NCBI GenBank assembly: GCA_964363345.1
Contig: CAYIHY010000001.1
Span: 7,483-71,482, forward strand
DNA: 64,000 nt
Reading direction: 5' to 3'
Origin: Candidatus Woesearchaeota archaeon
GTDB lineage: Archaea; Nanobdellota; Nanobdellia; Pacearchaeales; GW2011-AR1
Within the stretch, counting starts at the first letter, position 1. Every line of letters starts with the position of its first letter. This document shows positions 18,432 through 27,983 of this stretch, piece after piece. Under the pieces are notes generated by a model. It worked only from the letters and a program-made list of their open reading frames with translations, did not search any database and was not told the origin of the DNA. A program made the translations under genes and the position numbers.

Positions 18432-20296
18432 ATGTAATCATTAATTAAAAAAGAAGGTTTTTTTCTTGAATCATTCTCGAGAAATAATTTTTTCCATAAT
18501 TCTATATTCATCAAAAACAAAAGTTGTCTAAATGAATTATCTTTAGTTTTTCTTTGCTCTTCCATAAAATTTCCTTCTCTAATCTGTCTTATGAGTTTTT
18601 TTATCCGAGGGATATTATAATATTCTTTTTCTAATTCAGAGTTGGAGAAAATTGTTTCAGAAAAATAAAGAAGCTCTTTTTTAAAATATTCTGATAATGG
18701 CGTAACCATTGGCAATTTTTTTCTGTAAACAATCTCTTTTGGGAGTAATGGTAATGCTAATTTTTGGAGAATTATTTTTTTGTCTGCTCCATAAAATTTA
18801 TATTTTGCAGGAATTGTCATGGCAAATTCAACAACATTATGGTCTAAATAAGGAACTCTTACTTCGTGTGAATGAGCCATGCTGTTCTTATCTAGCTTAT
18901 TGCAATGAAAATAAGGAATTTCTGTTTTTAATTCGTAGAGTAGAGCTTTATTTAATTGGCTTCCGTCGTCATTTTTACAATTTTTTATTGTTTTACCAAA
19001 GGTATTCATAACATCAAGATCTTCAGGTATATTCAAAATACTTTTTTTAAAAAATTCTTCCTTGTCTTTGTCAAACACGCTGGAGGAAATATATTCTACT
19101 TTTTCTTTGAAAGGCATATTTATTTTATTTTTTAAATTTTCATAATTTTCTCTATTCAGTTCATTCTTCATTGGGGGAAGTTCAGTATACACATCATATC
19201 GGTTATACCCCCCAAATAATTCATCAGAACCCTCCCCACAAAGACTTACTTTTACACTTTTGCTTATGCCTTTGTATAAATCATATACCGAAACCATTGC
19301 AGGTCTGGAAAATGGAAATTCCATATGCCATAATGTTTTAATTAAATCCGTAACATAATCTTTTGAACTTAAATGCAACTCGGTGTGATCTGTCTGACAG
19401 TGTTCTGCAACCAACCTTGCAGCAGAATATTCATCTTCCGGAATATCAAATCCCGCAGTAAAAGTTTTTATCGATTCTTTAAATTTACTTGCTAAAGCAA
19501 CTATAACACTGGAATCAATTCCTCCAGACAAAGAAATTCCAACTGGAACGTCACTTATTAACATTCTTTTTACAGAAGAAGAAAGGAGCTCACTCAATTT
19601 TTTTATATAAAATTGTTCATTATTGCAAGTTTCATTTGATTCCAAATTCCAATATCTAAAAGAATCTATTTTATCGTCTTTTAGCACCATATAATGTGCA
19701 GGTTCCAACTGAAAGATTTTTTCTATTAATGTTTCTCCTCTAATTGGGTACTCATAGTAAACAATTTGTTTAAGGCAATTTTCATTCAAATCTCTTTTTA
19801 CTTCATCGGAGGCTAAAATAGATTTTATTTCTGATGCAAATATAAATTTAGAATCTTTGTAATAATAATAAAGAGGTTTTATCCCCATCCGATCTCTAGC
19901 TAAAAATAATATTTTTTTATTTGAATCCCAAATTGCAAATGCAAACATTCCATTAAACAAGTTCAAGCAATCAAATCCATATTCTTCATAAGCGTGGATG
20001 ATTACTTCCGTATCTGAACCTGAGTTAAACCTATGCCCCCTTTTTTCAAGTTCAGGCTTAATCTCCTGAAAATTATATATCTCTCCATTAAAAGCTATAA
20101 TAATGCTTCCGTCTTCATTAGACATAGGCTGTTTTCCCCTCTCACTCAAATCAATTATGCTTAATCTTTTATGCCCGAAAGAGACTGATTTATCCACATA
20201 ATATCCATCTTGGTCAGGGCCCCTATGAGAAATTGAACGAGCCATCTTTTTTATAAGTTCTTCATCCCCCCAGTTAAAACCACATATTCCACACAT
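18428..20296 (-). CDS. asnB: Asparagine synthase (glutamine-hydrolyzing)-family amidotransferase
   Basis: MCGICG, HRGPD, RLSIIDL, NGEIYN, SGGIDSS, GEGSDE; likely sugar amidation given context. Confidence 0.9.
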   Translation of the reverse strand: MCGICGFNWGDEELIKKMARSISHRGPDQDGYYVDKSVSFGHKRLSIIDLSERGKQPMSNEDGSIIIAFNGEIYNFQEIKPELEKRGHRFNSGSDTEVIIHAYEEYGFDCLNLFNGMFAFAIWDSNKKILFLARDRMGIKPLYYYYKDSKFIFASEIKSILASDEVKRDLNENCLKQIVYYEYPIRGETLIEKIFQLEPAHYMVLKDDKIDSFRYWNLESNETCNNEQFYIKKLSELLSSSVKRMLISDVPVGISLSGGIDSSVIVALASKFKESIKTFTAGFDIPEDEYSAARLVAEHCQTDHTELHLSSKDYVTDLIKTLWHMEFPFSRPAMVSVYDLYKGISKSVKVSLCGEGSDELFGGYNRYDVYTELPPMKNELNRENYENLKNKINMPFKEKVEYISSSVFDKDKEEFFKKSILNIPEDLDVMNTFGKTIKNCKNDDGSQLNKALLYELKTEIPYFHCNKLDKNSMAHSHEVRVPYLDHNVVEFAMTIPAKYKFYGADKKIILQKLALPLLPKEIVYRKKLPMVTPLSEYFKKELLYFSETIFSNSELEKEYYNIPRIKKLIRQIREGNFMEEQRKTKDNSFRQLLFLMNIELWKKLFLENDSRKKPSFLINDYI

Positions 20297-20345
20297 AATA
20301 ATCTATTATAAAAAAAGGTTTAAAGATTTTCGGTATGAATAATAT

Positions 20346-21038
20346 TTACAACTTGACAACCAACACTTGGCTTGCACATAATTCAATAAAAACTTCGGGC
20401 TTATCCCCAAAAAATTCTGCAAATGCTTTTGTAACTCCAATTGAATTTACATAGTCATGAGATATTATTATCCCTCCTTTACTCATTCGCGGATAAAAAA
20501 ATTTAAGACACTCTAATGTAGATTCATATAAATCTGCGTCAAGATGAACAAAAGAAAATTTTTTATTAACAATGGGTTCTGAAGTTGCAGGAAATATGCC
20601 CCTATAAAAATAAACATTTGGAAATTTTCCTAAATATCTTTTTACTTTATCCAATGGAGCAGAAAAATCTCCTTTTTCAAAATGTTTTTCCTCACTTGCT
20701 CCAGGCAATCCCTCAAAAGTATCAAATAAGTACAGACTTCTATTCCCCTTCATTTCACAAATTACCCTACCAGAAGCTCCTTTATAGACTCCAACTTCTG
20801 CAATATCCCCCTTTATTTTCTCTGTTCTTTTTGTGATAGAATAAATTTGATACATCTCGTCGTCGTCAAGAGTTGTTCCTATCTCCTTTTTTATTTGATT
20901 AATTAATTTGAATGCATTTATCCGATCTTCAGAACCATTATAAAAAGTCATTACCCCATTTTCTACAGAAATTCCTTTTTTTATTATCTCCCTCACAATT
21001 CTTGCAGGAATTCTCACTATTTTTGGTATCTTATTCAT
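20346..21038 (-). CDS. TylF/MycF/NovP-family O-methyltransferase
   Basis: EVGVYKG, FDTFEG, VHLDADLYEST, HDY. Confidence 0.9.
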   Translation of the reverse strand: MNKIPKIVRIPARIVREIIKKGISVENGVMTFYNGSEDRINAFKLINQIKKEIGTTLDDDEMYQIYSITKRTEKIKGDIAEVGVYKGASGRVICEMKGNRSLYLFDTFEGLPGASEEKHFEKGDFSAPLDKVKRYLGKFPNVYFYRGIFPATSEPIVNKKFSFVHLDADLYESTLECLKFFYPRMSKGGIIISHDYVNSIGVTKAFAEFFGDKPEVFIELCASQVLVVKL

Positions 21039-21061
21039 TTTTAATAATAGAATCTGGGTTT

Positions 21062-23683
21062 TTAATATCTAATGTTTGTTGTTTTAGTTATTTTGTTAAA
21101 TACTTCTTCTCCTTTTTCTTTTCCAAGTCTATCTATTACACAATCATGATATCTAGCCATTGACAACATTTTACTCGTCTCGGAATTAAAATCAGTTTCT
21201 AAAGCCGCTCTTAACCATTTTTCATCGATAGGATTTTCTGTTAAATAATTTTTCCCTTCATTTGACAAAGCGTCCATCCACCTTTCATCAAGTTCTCCTT
21301 TTACATATAATGTTCCGAACTTGCAGATATTCCTTAATCTATTTTCTATCTCTTTAGGAAAACTAATCCCCCCAATTCCTGTATTTGTATCTCCAGAACA
21401 ACTATCATTAATTTGAAATCCTCTTTCCTTTGCTGTTTGTTCCACGTGGGTGTGGGGATAAATTTGCAAAGGGTAAAGAGAAATAATACTTCCTTTTCCA
21501 ATTCTTTTCATTCCTTCTAAGGTTTCTAGAGCATCTTCAACAGGATCAGATATCGGAAGTCCGACAATTGCCTGTAAATTAACCAGATAGCCAAATGAAA
21601 CGAGTCTATCATAAGCCTTTTTTATTTGTTCTTCATTATCCCATTGCCGATTAAATAATTTTAATGATTCTGAACGTATTGCCTGAACTCCAAGCCCGAC
21701 GCAATTAACTATATTTCTTAATTTTTTTAATATTTCATCTGAAGCTTTCAAAACGCTAACCGAAGTTGTTGAAACATACATGGGGATATTTATTTCTTTT
21801 TTCCAAACATCAACAAATTCAGAGAGCCATTCTTCTGCATTTTTACCGGCAAACAAATCATCGTCTACCCATTCAATATCATCAGTGGGATATTTTTTTA
21901 TTATCTTTGCTTCTTCTATAACTGTTTTAATATCCCTTCTTCCCAAAAAATAATTTGCCTGGGCATCATTTCCAAACAATTCTCTTCGATGCAAACTTGA
22001 AGAACTGCAGTAAGTACAAGCATAAGGACATCCAAGCATAGAGAGTATAACTTTCCTGTAACGCTGTCCCATTCTAGGAATATCTTCATAACATTTTTCT
22101 CTTGCGGGCATTGGTAAATCATTTGGATTTCCAGGGATTGTTGTGATTATCCCCCTTTCTCCGTTAAGAAATCTTTCAACTGAGCCATTAACAGGTCCGC
22201 GAACAACAACATCAACATTATTTAACTTTGAGATATCTGGAGAAGCAGTTGCATGGTGTCCCCCGAAAATAGAAATTATTCTAGGATTTTTCTCTTTAAT
22301 TTGATTTAAAATTCCGTACGCCTGCGGGAAAAAAGTAGTCATAGGAGAAAATAAAACATAATCCGGATTCCAATTTAAAATTTTTTCAGCAACTTTTTCA
22401 TCTCCTTCTGCATCAAAGAATTTTATTTCCTGATTAAATTTTTGTAACTCTCCCCCAACATAATATAAACCATATGACTCTTCATTACCAAAACATACCA
22501 ATGCGTGCTTCATTTTACTGCTTACTTTAGACAAAGTTTTTTGTTCATAAAATTCTTTTATTTTAGCGCAGACGTACTTAACATCTTTTTTGCTTACTGC
22601 AGGATTAATTGGCAAATAAAGATATCTCTCGTGGAGATAATCCATATTTGGACAAGGGCTCTTAAATTTTTTAAATATCTCAAATAAATCATTACGTAAG
22701 TGAATCATATTAACATCAACACCATTATTCAGAAGAAATTCTGCCAATTCATCTCTATATTCAGACAAAATTCCAAATAACCAATAAGAACCTCCAGCGA
22801 TAGGAATTACTTCTCTCGGTAATTCTTTTAGATAATCTAATGCTAAAGATTTCCTATACTCCATAATTAAATCTAAATAAGGAAGTGATGCTAATCCAAA
22901 ACAAGCATCAATGTCTGTCGGCTGATATTTATACCCCGCCTCTTCAATATCAAAAGTCATTTCTCTCCGTTCCCATGCCTGATAATTTTTTTTAGCTTTT
23001 AATTCTCTATCAATACCAAACCATCGCAATAATTTAGCCCTATCATAATCTTTTTTATTTTTTAAAACAAGTATTCCCCCATCGGCAGTAGTAATATGCT
23101 TAATTGCTTGAAGAGAATAACAAATGTAATTCCCCTCTAAATTTTTAGGTACATGGTGTTGTGATGCATCTACTATCACAGGGAGATTTTTTTCTTTAGC
23201 TAATTCAAATATTTTAGGATTTACTTCTATTCCTCCGAGATGAACTGCAACAATCGCCTTTGTCTTTTCAGTTATTTTTTTCCTTGCATCAATTGGGTCT
23301 ATATTTAACGTATCTTTTTCAATGTCTGCAAAAACAATTTGTGCTCCGCGTCTCACAAGCCCCATTTGTCCTGCAGTACAGTCCAAAATAGGCACTATAA
23401 CTTCGTCATCTTTTTTAATGTCTAATAAATGATAAGCAATTTCAAGTGCAGCAGTTCCAGAATTCATAAATAAAACATATTCATATCCAAATTTTTTAGC
23501 GAATTCTTTTTCAAATTTTTCTACTTTCGGACCCTGCCCCAACCATCTTCCCTCTAATGTTTCTTCTATTTCCTTTAATATCTCCTGTTTTGGAATAAAC
23601 GGCCAGAAAAGAGGAATCTTTGATTTTTTTGTATCCTGAAAAATTTCTTTCAGAGTTTTATCTTCGTCAATCTCTTTTATCAT
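21062..23683 (-). CDS. Fusion of DegT-family PLP aminotransferase (N-term) and B12-binding radical SAM protein (C-term)
   Basis: NSGTAAL, VDASQH, SLQAIKHITTADGG; then FGGHHAT, CPYACTYC, DDDL, LGVQA, IYPHT. Confidence 0.85.
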   Translation of the reverse strand: MIKEIDEDKTLKEIFQDTKKSKIPLFWPFIPKQEILKEIEETLEGRWLGQGPKVEKFEKEFAKKFGYEYVLFMNSGTAALEIAYHLLDIKKDDEVIVPILDCTAGQMGLVRRGAQIVFADIEKDTLNIDPIDARKKITEKTKAIVAVHLGGIEVNPKIFELAKEKNLPVIVDASQHHVPKNLEGNYICYSLQAIKHITTADGGILVLKNKKDYDRAKLLRWFGIDRELKAKKNYQAWERREMTFDIEEAGYKYQPTDIDACFGLASLPYLDLIMEYRKSLALDYLKELPREVIPIAGGSYWLFGILSEYRDELAEFLLNNGVDVNMIHLRNDLFEIFKKFKSPCPNMDYLHERYLYLPINPAVSKKDVKYVCAKIKEFYEQKTLSKVSSKMKHALVCFGNEESYGLYYVGGELQKFNQEIKFFDAEGDEKVAEKILNWNPDYVLFSPMTTFFPQAYGILNQIKEKNPRIISIFGGHHATASPDISKLNNVDVVVRGPVNGSVERFLNGERGIITTIPGNPNDLPMPAREKCYEDIPRMGQRYRKVILSMLGCPYACTYCSSSSLHRRELFGNDAQANYFLGRRDIKTVIEEAKIIKKYPTDDIEWVDDDLFAGKNAEEWLSEFVDVWKKEINIPMYVSTTSVSVLKASDEILKKLRNIVNCVGLGVQAIRSESLKLFNRQWDNEEQIKKAYDRLVSFGYLVNLQAIVGLPISDPVEDALETLEGMKRIGKGSIISLYPLQIYPHTHVEQTAKERGFQINDSCSGDTNTGIGGISFPKEIENRLRNICKFGTLYVKGELDERWMDALSNEGKNYLTENPIDEKWLRAALETDFNSETSKMLSMARYHDCVIDRLGKEKGEEVFNKITKTTNIRY

Positions 23684-23884
23684 ATTTTAATTTTAATTTT
23701 ATTATTTAAAAATATTAATGTCTTTTATAATATATTGAATTATGGCTATTTTTTCTTTTTAACTCTTATTGATTATTCATCTATATCTTTTCTTCTTATA
23801 AAAAAAGAATAAATCTTGAGAGATCGAGCAATCTTTATGAAGGGAAATCAGCATATTTAAAAGCGATTAAAATTCTTTATTAAC

Positions 23885-24361
23885 ATGCCAAAAAATCTGG
23901 AAGAAAAGATATCAGAGAAAAAATTAAAAAAATTTTCATTGAGAAAATTTGGTACTGATACTTTTGCAATGGTAAGTTTTTCTTTTGTGGTGGAAGGGAC
24001 AAGAGAATTAATAGTGGGGATGTCTCCAGAACAAACATTATATTCTCGACTTGCAGGAGTCCCAATTGATTTGGTTATTGGAAGACCTTATGGAAAATAT
24101 CTAGATTATCTGCAATCCAAATTTAAGATAACTGAAAAAAGTCCCTTCATAAAAAAAACTGCAGTTGATATCGGTGCATTTGTAAGCGCAATGATGCCGA
24201 TTTATGCAGGAATACTTTATTCAATTGGAGTGGATAAAGAAACAATTGCGGTCTCATGTGCTTCAGCAGCATTATTACAAACAGCTTATGGAAGGCCTTA
24301 TGGATTATATGTTGATTTTTTAAGGAAAAAATTTGGAAAGAAAAATATACCGATTATATAA
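23885..24361 (+). CDS. AlaE-family (L-alanine exporter-like) membrane protein
   Basis: DTFAMV...GMSPEQTLYSRL...PYG pattern resembles AlaE; two internal GRPYG repeats. Confidence 0.7.
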   Translation: MPKNLEEKISEKKLKKFSLRKFGTDTFAMVSFSFVVEGTRELIVGMSPEQTLYSRLAGVPIDLVIGRPYGKYLDYLQSKFKITEKSPFIKKTAVDIGAFVSAMMPIYAGILYSIGVDKETIAVSCASAALLQTAYGRPYGLYVDFLRKKFGKKNIPII

Positions 24362-24459
24362 TTAATTCTCTAGGTATTAATTCAAGTCATCAAGATGAAT
24401 TATTCCTTGAGGAACTTCTATTATTGAATAATCTTTCCTACATATTTGTAATATTAAGA

Positions 24460-25098
24460 TTATTCTTCTCTAAAAGTTTTCTCATAAAGGATTTTTCTGC
24501 ATGTACAATAATTTCCAAGCTGACAAATAGCAATTCTTGAAGCAGTTAATCTCTTCGGAGTACCCCATTGTTTTTTAAGAACCCCATCTCCAATTGTTAT
24601 ATGTGGATTAAATTTTTCATAACTTGACTTTTTTAAAAAATTTTGAATATATTGAAACATCCAAGGGGTATCCTTAGCATCTATTTCAATGGAAGCGTAC
24701 ATCATCCTCTCATTAATTTCTCCCTCTAATAAAAATTCTTTTAAATTTTCTACTACAGACTTATGAATTTTAAATAATAGAGAATTTTTTTTAAGAGAAA
24801 TTCCACTTATGTAAACTTCTTTATCTTTAGTTGGAAGAGTTTCTAGCTCGATATTATTAATGTTTAATTTTGGGGGATTAAATTTAGAAGCAAGATAATC
24901 TAACTTTTTAGCTATCCCTTCTAATTGACTTTCGTCAATCACTCCCATTAACAATGAAATATGTGGAAAGCAATTTTCTTCATTTAAATAAATTTTTGCG
25001 GGAGAATAATCTCTTTTTAATGAATGATTAATTTTAATTAATTTCTTTTCCAAATTTGCAGGAAATAACAAAGCAACATCTACTACTATTTTAGTCAT
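24460..25098 (-). CDS. 2H phosphoesterase (2'-5' RNA ligase/cyclic phosphodiesterase family)
   Basis: Two HxS/T motifs: PHISL and PHITIG. Confidence 0.8.
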   Translation of the reverse strand: MTKIVVDVALLFPANLEKKLIKINHSLKRDYSPAKIYLNEENCFPHISLLMGVIDESQLEGIAKKLDYLASKFNPPKLNINNIELETLPTKDKEVYISGISLKKNSLLFKIHKSVVENLKEFLLEGEINERMMYASIEIDAKDTPWMFQYIQNFLKKSSYEKFNPHITIGDGVLKKQWGTPKRLTASRIAICQLGNYCTCRKILYEKTFREE

Positions 25099-25232
25099 AT
25101 CAAAATTTACTTTATGCTATTTAAATAACCAATCATTTCCTTTGCTAATTCGGGAGAAGTCAGTTTAGTGCGGATTTGAAATAATTACCTAATTAAATTT
25201 ATCGAAGAATTTTTATTTTATTGGCGAGAGAA

Positions 25233-25670
25233 CTAATCGACATATTGAACATTAAGTTTTGTAAATCTTCGATGAGGGTTTATCCCAATCTTTTCAAGTT
25301 TGCCTGTTATTACATCTTCATCATTCTCTGGTCCCTGTAAATAAGCAGTATAAAAAGGAGTAATTTCTCTTGCCTTTGCATTTCCAAAATCTCCTTGAAT
25401 TCCGCTAAATATAACATTATTAACTCTAATTCCATACCCTTTTAGTAAAGAGATTATTCCTCCTCTCTTATATTCTGCCTCGCTTGGACAACGTATGAAA
25501 AATCCAGGTCTTAATAGGGTTAATGCATTTTTTTCAAAAAAATCTCTTAATTCAGATAAATTTATTCCCCATAAATCTTCCCCTCTTAAATCTGGGTGTT
25601 CTTCTAAAAGGTGAACTACTTCTCTTTTCTTTAACTTTGTTCCTTTAATTCCACGACATACTGATTCCAT
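25233..25670 (-). CDS. Hypothetical protein
   Basis: 145-aa ORF with TTTATAAA box 21 nt upstream of the ATG; no recognisable motif. Confidence 0.6.
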   Translation of the reverse strand: MESVCRGIKGTKLKKREVVHLLEEHPDLRGEDLWGINLSELRDFFEKNALTLLRPGFFIRCPSEAEYKRGGIISLLKGYGIRVNNVIFSGIQGDFGNAKAREITPFYTAYLQGPENDEDVITGKLEKIGINPHRRFTKLNVQYVD

Positions 25671-25805
25671 CTAATTGGATGAGTATAGAGATTTATAAAT
25701 GTTTCTTTTTTACTACTCGAAAATTACAATCTGTTATCAGAAATTTTACTAGTCCTCTTTCCATCATGAATTATCTATTAAAAAAAATTTGTCTATTTTA
25801 GCTAC

Positions 25806-25961
25806 TGTTAAGTAAACCTGTAACTTAACATGAATTTACATTTGGAAAACAGGTATAGGTTTCCAAATCTGAGTATTTTAAGGGCTAAAGGCAGTAATTG
25901 TCCAAAAATCGTCAAGGTAAAAAAAAGTGTTAAGATGTTAAGTTTGATTATGCACTTAACA
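25806..25961. repeat. Intergenic cluster of inverted repeats
   Basis: TGTTAAGT-N9-ACTTAACA (25806-25830), ATTTGGAAA-N11-TTTCCAAAT (25840-25868), TGTTAAGT-N10-ACTTAACA (25936-25961). Confidence 0.75.
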
Positions 25962-26002
25962 GCTACGTAATTTTTAAAAAGGATTGTTTAATTTTTAATA
26001 AA

Positions 26003-26887
26003 ATGAATCTTACCCAAATTACAAGTATCGGAATTGAAGCATTAAGAAATGCTTATTCTATACAGAAAAAACTTTCCGAGGAAGGAATAATAAATGAGTT
26101 TTCTTACAAAGGAAATGGAACAGATAAGGCCTTGAAAGGAGATTGGGAATCAGAAGAGGTTGTGATTGAAACTTTCAAGCAAACAAAATTTCCAGTAAGA
26201 ATAATCTCAGAAGAACACGGACAAATTGACATAGTAAGAAACCCATTGTATCTTGCAGTTTTAGACGGGTTTGACGGAAGCAGTGGTTTGAAAATGAATC
26301 TAAGAGCAAGAGGAGGAACAATGTTGTCTATAGCAACAAATCTCAATCCAAATTATTCCGACTTTATATTAGGAGGATTAACTGAATTTTGCCAAGATAA
26401 AATTTTATATGCAATAAAAAATCAAGGAGCATTTTTAATTGATACTAAAAATGAATCAACCGAAGAAGTTGAAATTAAAAAAAGAGAATCTTTTAGAAAT
26501 AAAAGTCCAATCCATTTAGATGACCCTTCTCTTTATGAATATGCAAAAGGAATAACTTCTGGATTAGATGAAATTGGAAAATGCGTTAATGACACATTTA
26601 CAAAACCTCTCCAAAGAAGAAATTTTACAAATTTATATGCATTAAATTCAAGTTCTGCAATGTGCTTTGATTTAATTATTGGAAATGTTGATGCTGTTTG
26701 CGGAGTAATTGCTAAAGGAGTTTTTGAACCTCCTGCTGAATATGTTTTGTTAAGAGAAATTGATGGAAGTGCTTACGGAAAAGTTAATGGAAAATGGGAA
26801 GAAATTGGAAATAAAAAATGGAGTGGGTATGGGCGTCCTTTAGCTCCATTAATTCGTGTTGCTAATCTGAAATTGGAAATGAATTAA
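26003..26887 (+). CDS. Inositol monophosphatase/FBPase (FIG) superfamily phosphatase, divergent
   Basis: ISEEHG and VLDGFDGS (variant of DPxDGT/S) metal-binding motifs. Confidence 0.72.
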   Translation: MNLTQITSIGIEALRNAYSIQKKLSEEGIINEFSYKGNGTDKALKGDWESEEVVIETFKQTKFPVRIISEEHGQIDIVRNPLYLAVLDGFDGSSGLKMNLRARGGTMLSIATNLNPNYSDFILGGLTEFCQDKILYAIKNQGAFLIDTKNESTEEVEIKKRESFRNKSPIHLDDPSLYEYAKGITSGLDEIGKCVNDTFTKPLQRRNFTNLYALNSSSAMCFDLIIGNVDAVCGVIAKGVFEPPAEYVLLREIDGSAYGKVNGKWEEIGNKKWSGYGRPLAPLIRVANLKLEMN

Positions 26888-26952
26888 TTAGTATATTTCA
26901 GATACATAAAGTTTAAAATACATTATAAGGAACTATTACCTTAATAACTAAA

Positions 26953-27942
26953 ATGAAAGTTGAAATTTATGATTTGTTAGGCAGAGAATTAACAATTAAT
27001 CCTACTAAAAGACCATTTAGATTTAATGGAGAAGTAGAAGGATTTGCTAGAACAAATTGGCTAGAGAAAAGAGCAAAATGGAATGACGCTATTGTTCCTG
27101 CTGGGAAATCAATTGTTTATACTCGCGATGGTGGAGTCACAATTTCAGCAGATGTTTCTAATTATAGTCAACATCTTGGAGCTATAGAATCAATAAGAGA
27201 AGGGAAAGACTTTGCTCCAAAAAGAGGGGTAAATGGTTTAGGAGTAACTTGTTATGTTGTTTCAAGTGATGATAAAATTATTCTTAAGAGGAGACCAAGA
27301 AATAATCCACATGCCCCAAGTTTTTACGACAGCATAGGTGGGGGTTGGATGACCTCTGCAAATATTGTTGGTTTGAATAAACTTTGCACTGATATGACAT
27401 TAGGGATGGCAGAAGCTCTTTATGAACCCCTTTGGCAGGCAGAAAGTGAGTATGAAGAAGAATCCCATTTGAAGCCAGTTTCATTTGAGTTAGATAATAA
27501 ACCTAGTTTTATTTGTAGGGGATTAAACGATGGATTAAACTTAGGCATTAGTTATATTGGAAAAGCTACTGTAAAAGCAGATGATATTATTGATGCAATT
27601 CAGGGATACGATAGAAAAGGTGAAGTCATAGAGCATGAAAGGGCTTTTGTTGCAGTGGATATAAGCAACTTGGCAAAATTATTGGAGACACAAGCAGAAT
27701 TGCAAAAAATTCCAAGGGAAGAACTAAGAGATTATGTTGTTAATCCTGACGGCACAGATGCTCCAATGGTGGATGAATATTTTGGAGGATTTTGGGCAGC
27801 ATATAAAAAATTAACAGGACGTCCCCTTCCACAATCTTTATCTCTCGACAGCCTTGCTAAACAGGGAATTGAAATAGATTTATTCCCCAGAGACGGAGAA
27901 AATCTAAAAGATGTAGAATACTCTTTTTTTGTAAATGAATAG
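26953..27942 (+). CDS. Hypothetical protein, degenerate NUDT22-like Nudix fold
   Basis: NGLGVTCYVVSSDDKIILKRR..FYD..GG and ESEYEEES, similar to ORF 6124-7002. Confidence 0.5.
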   Translation: MKVEIYDLLGRELTINPTKRPFRFNGEVEGFARTNWLEKRAKWNDAIVPAGKSIVYTRDGGVTISADVSNYSQHLGAIESIREGKDFAPKRGVNGLGVTCYVVSSDDKIILKRRPRNNPHAPSFYDSIGGGWMTSANIVGLNKLCTDMTLGMAEALYEPLWQAESEYEEESHLKPVSFELDNKPSFICRGLNDGLNLGISYIGKATVKADDIIDAIQGYDRKGEVIEHERAFVAVDISNLAKLLETQAELQKIPREELRDYVVNPDGTDAPMVDEYFGGFWAAYKKLTGRPLPQSLSLDSLAKQGIEIDLFPRDGENLKDVEYSFFVNE

Positions 27943-27983
27943 TTATCAGTTTCAAACTTCCTTTTAATTTTTTATAATTAATT

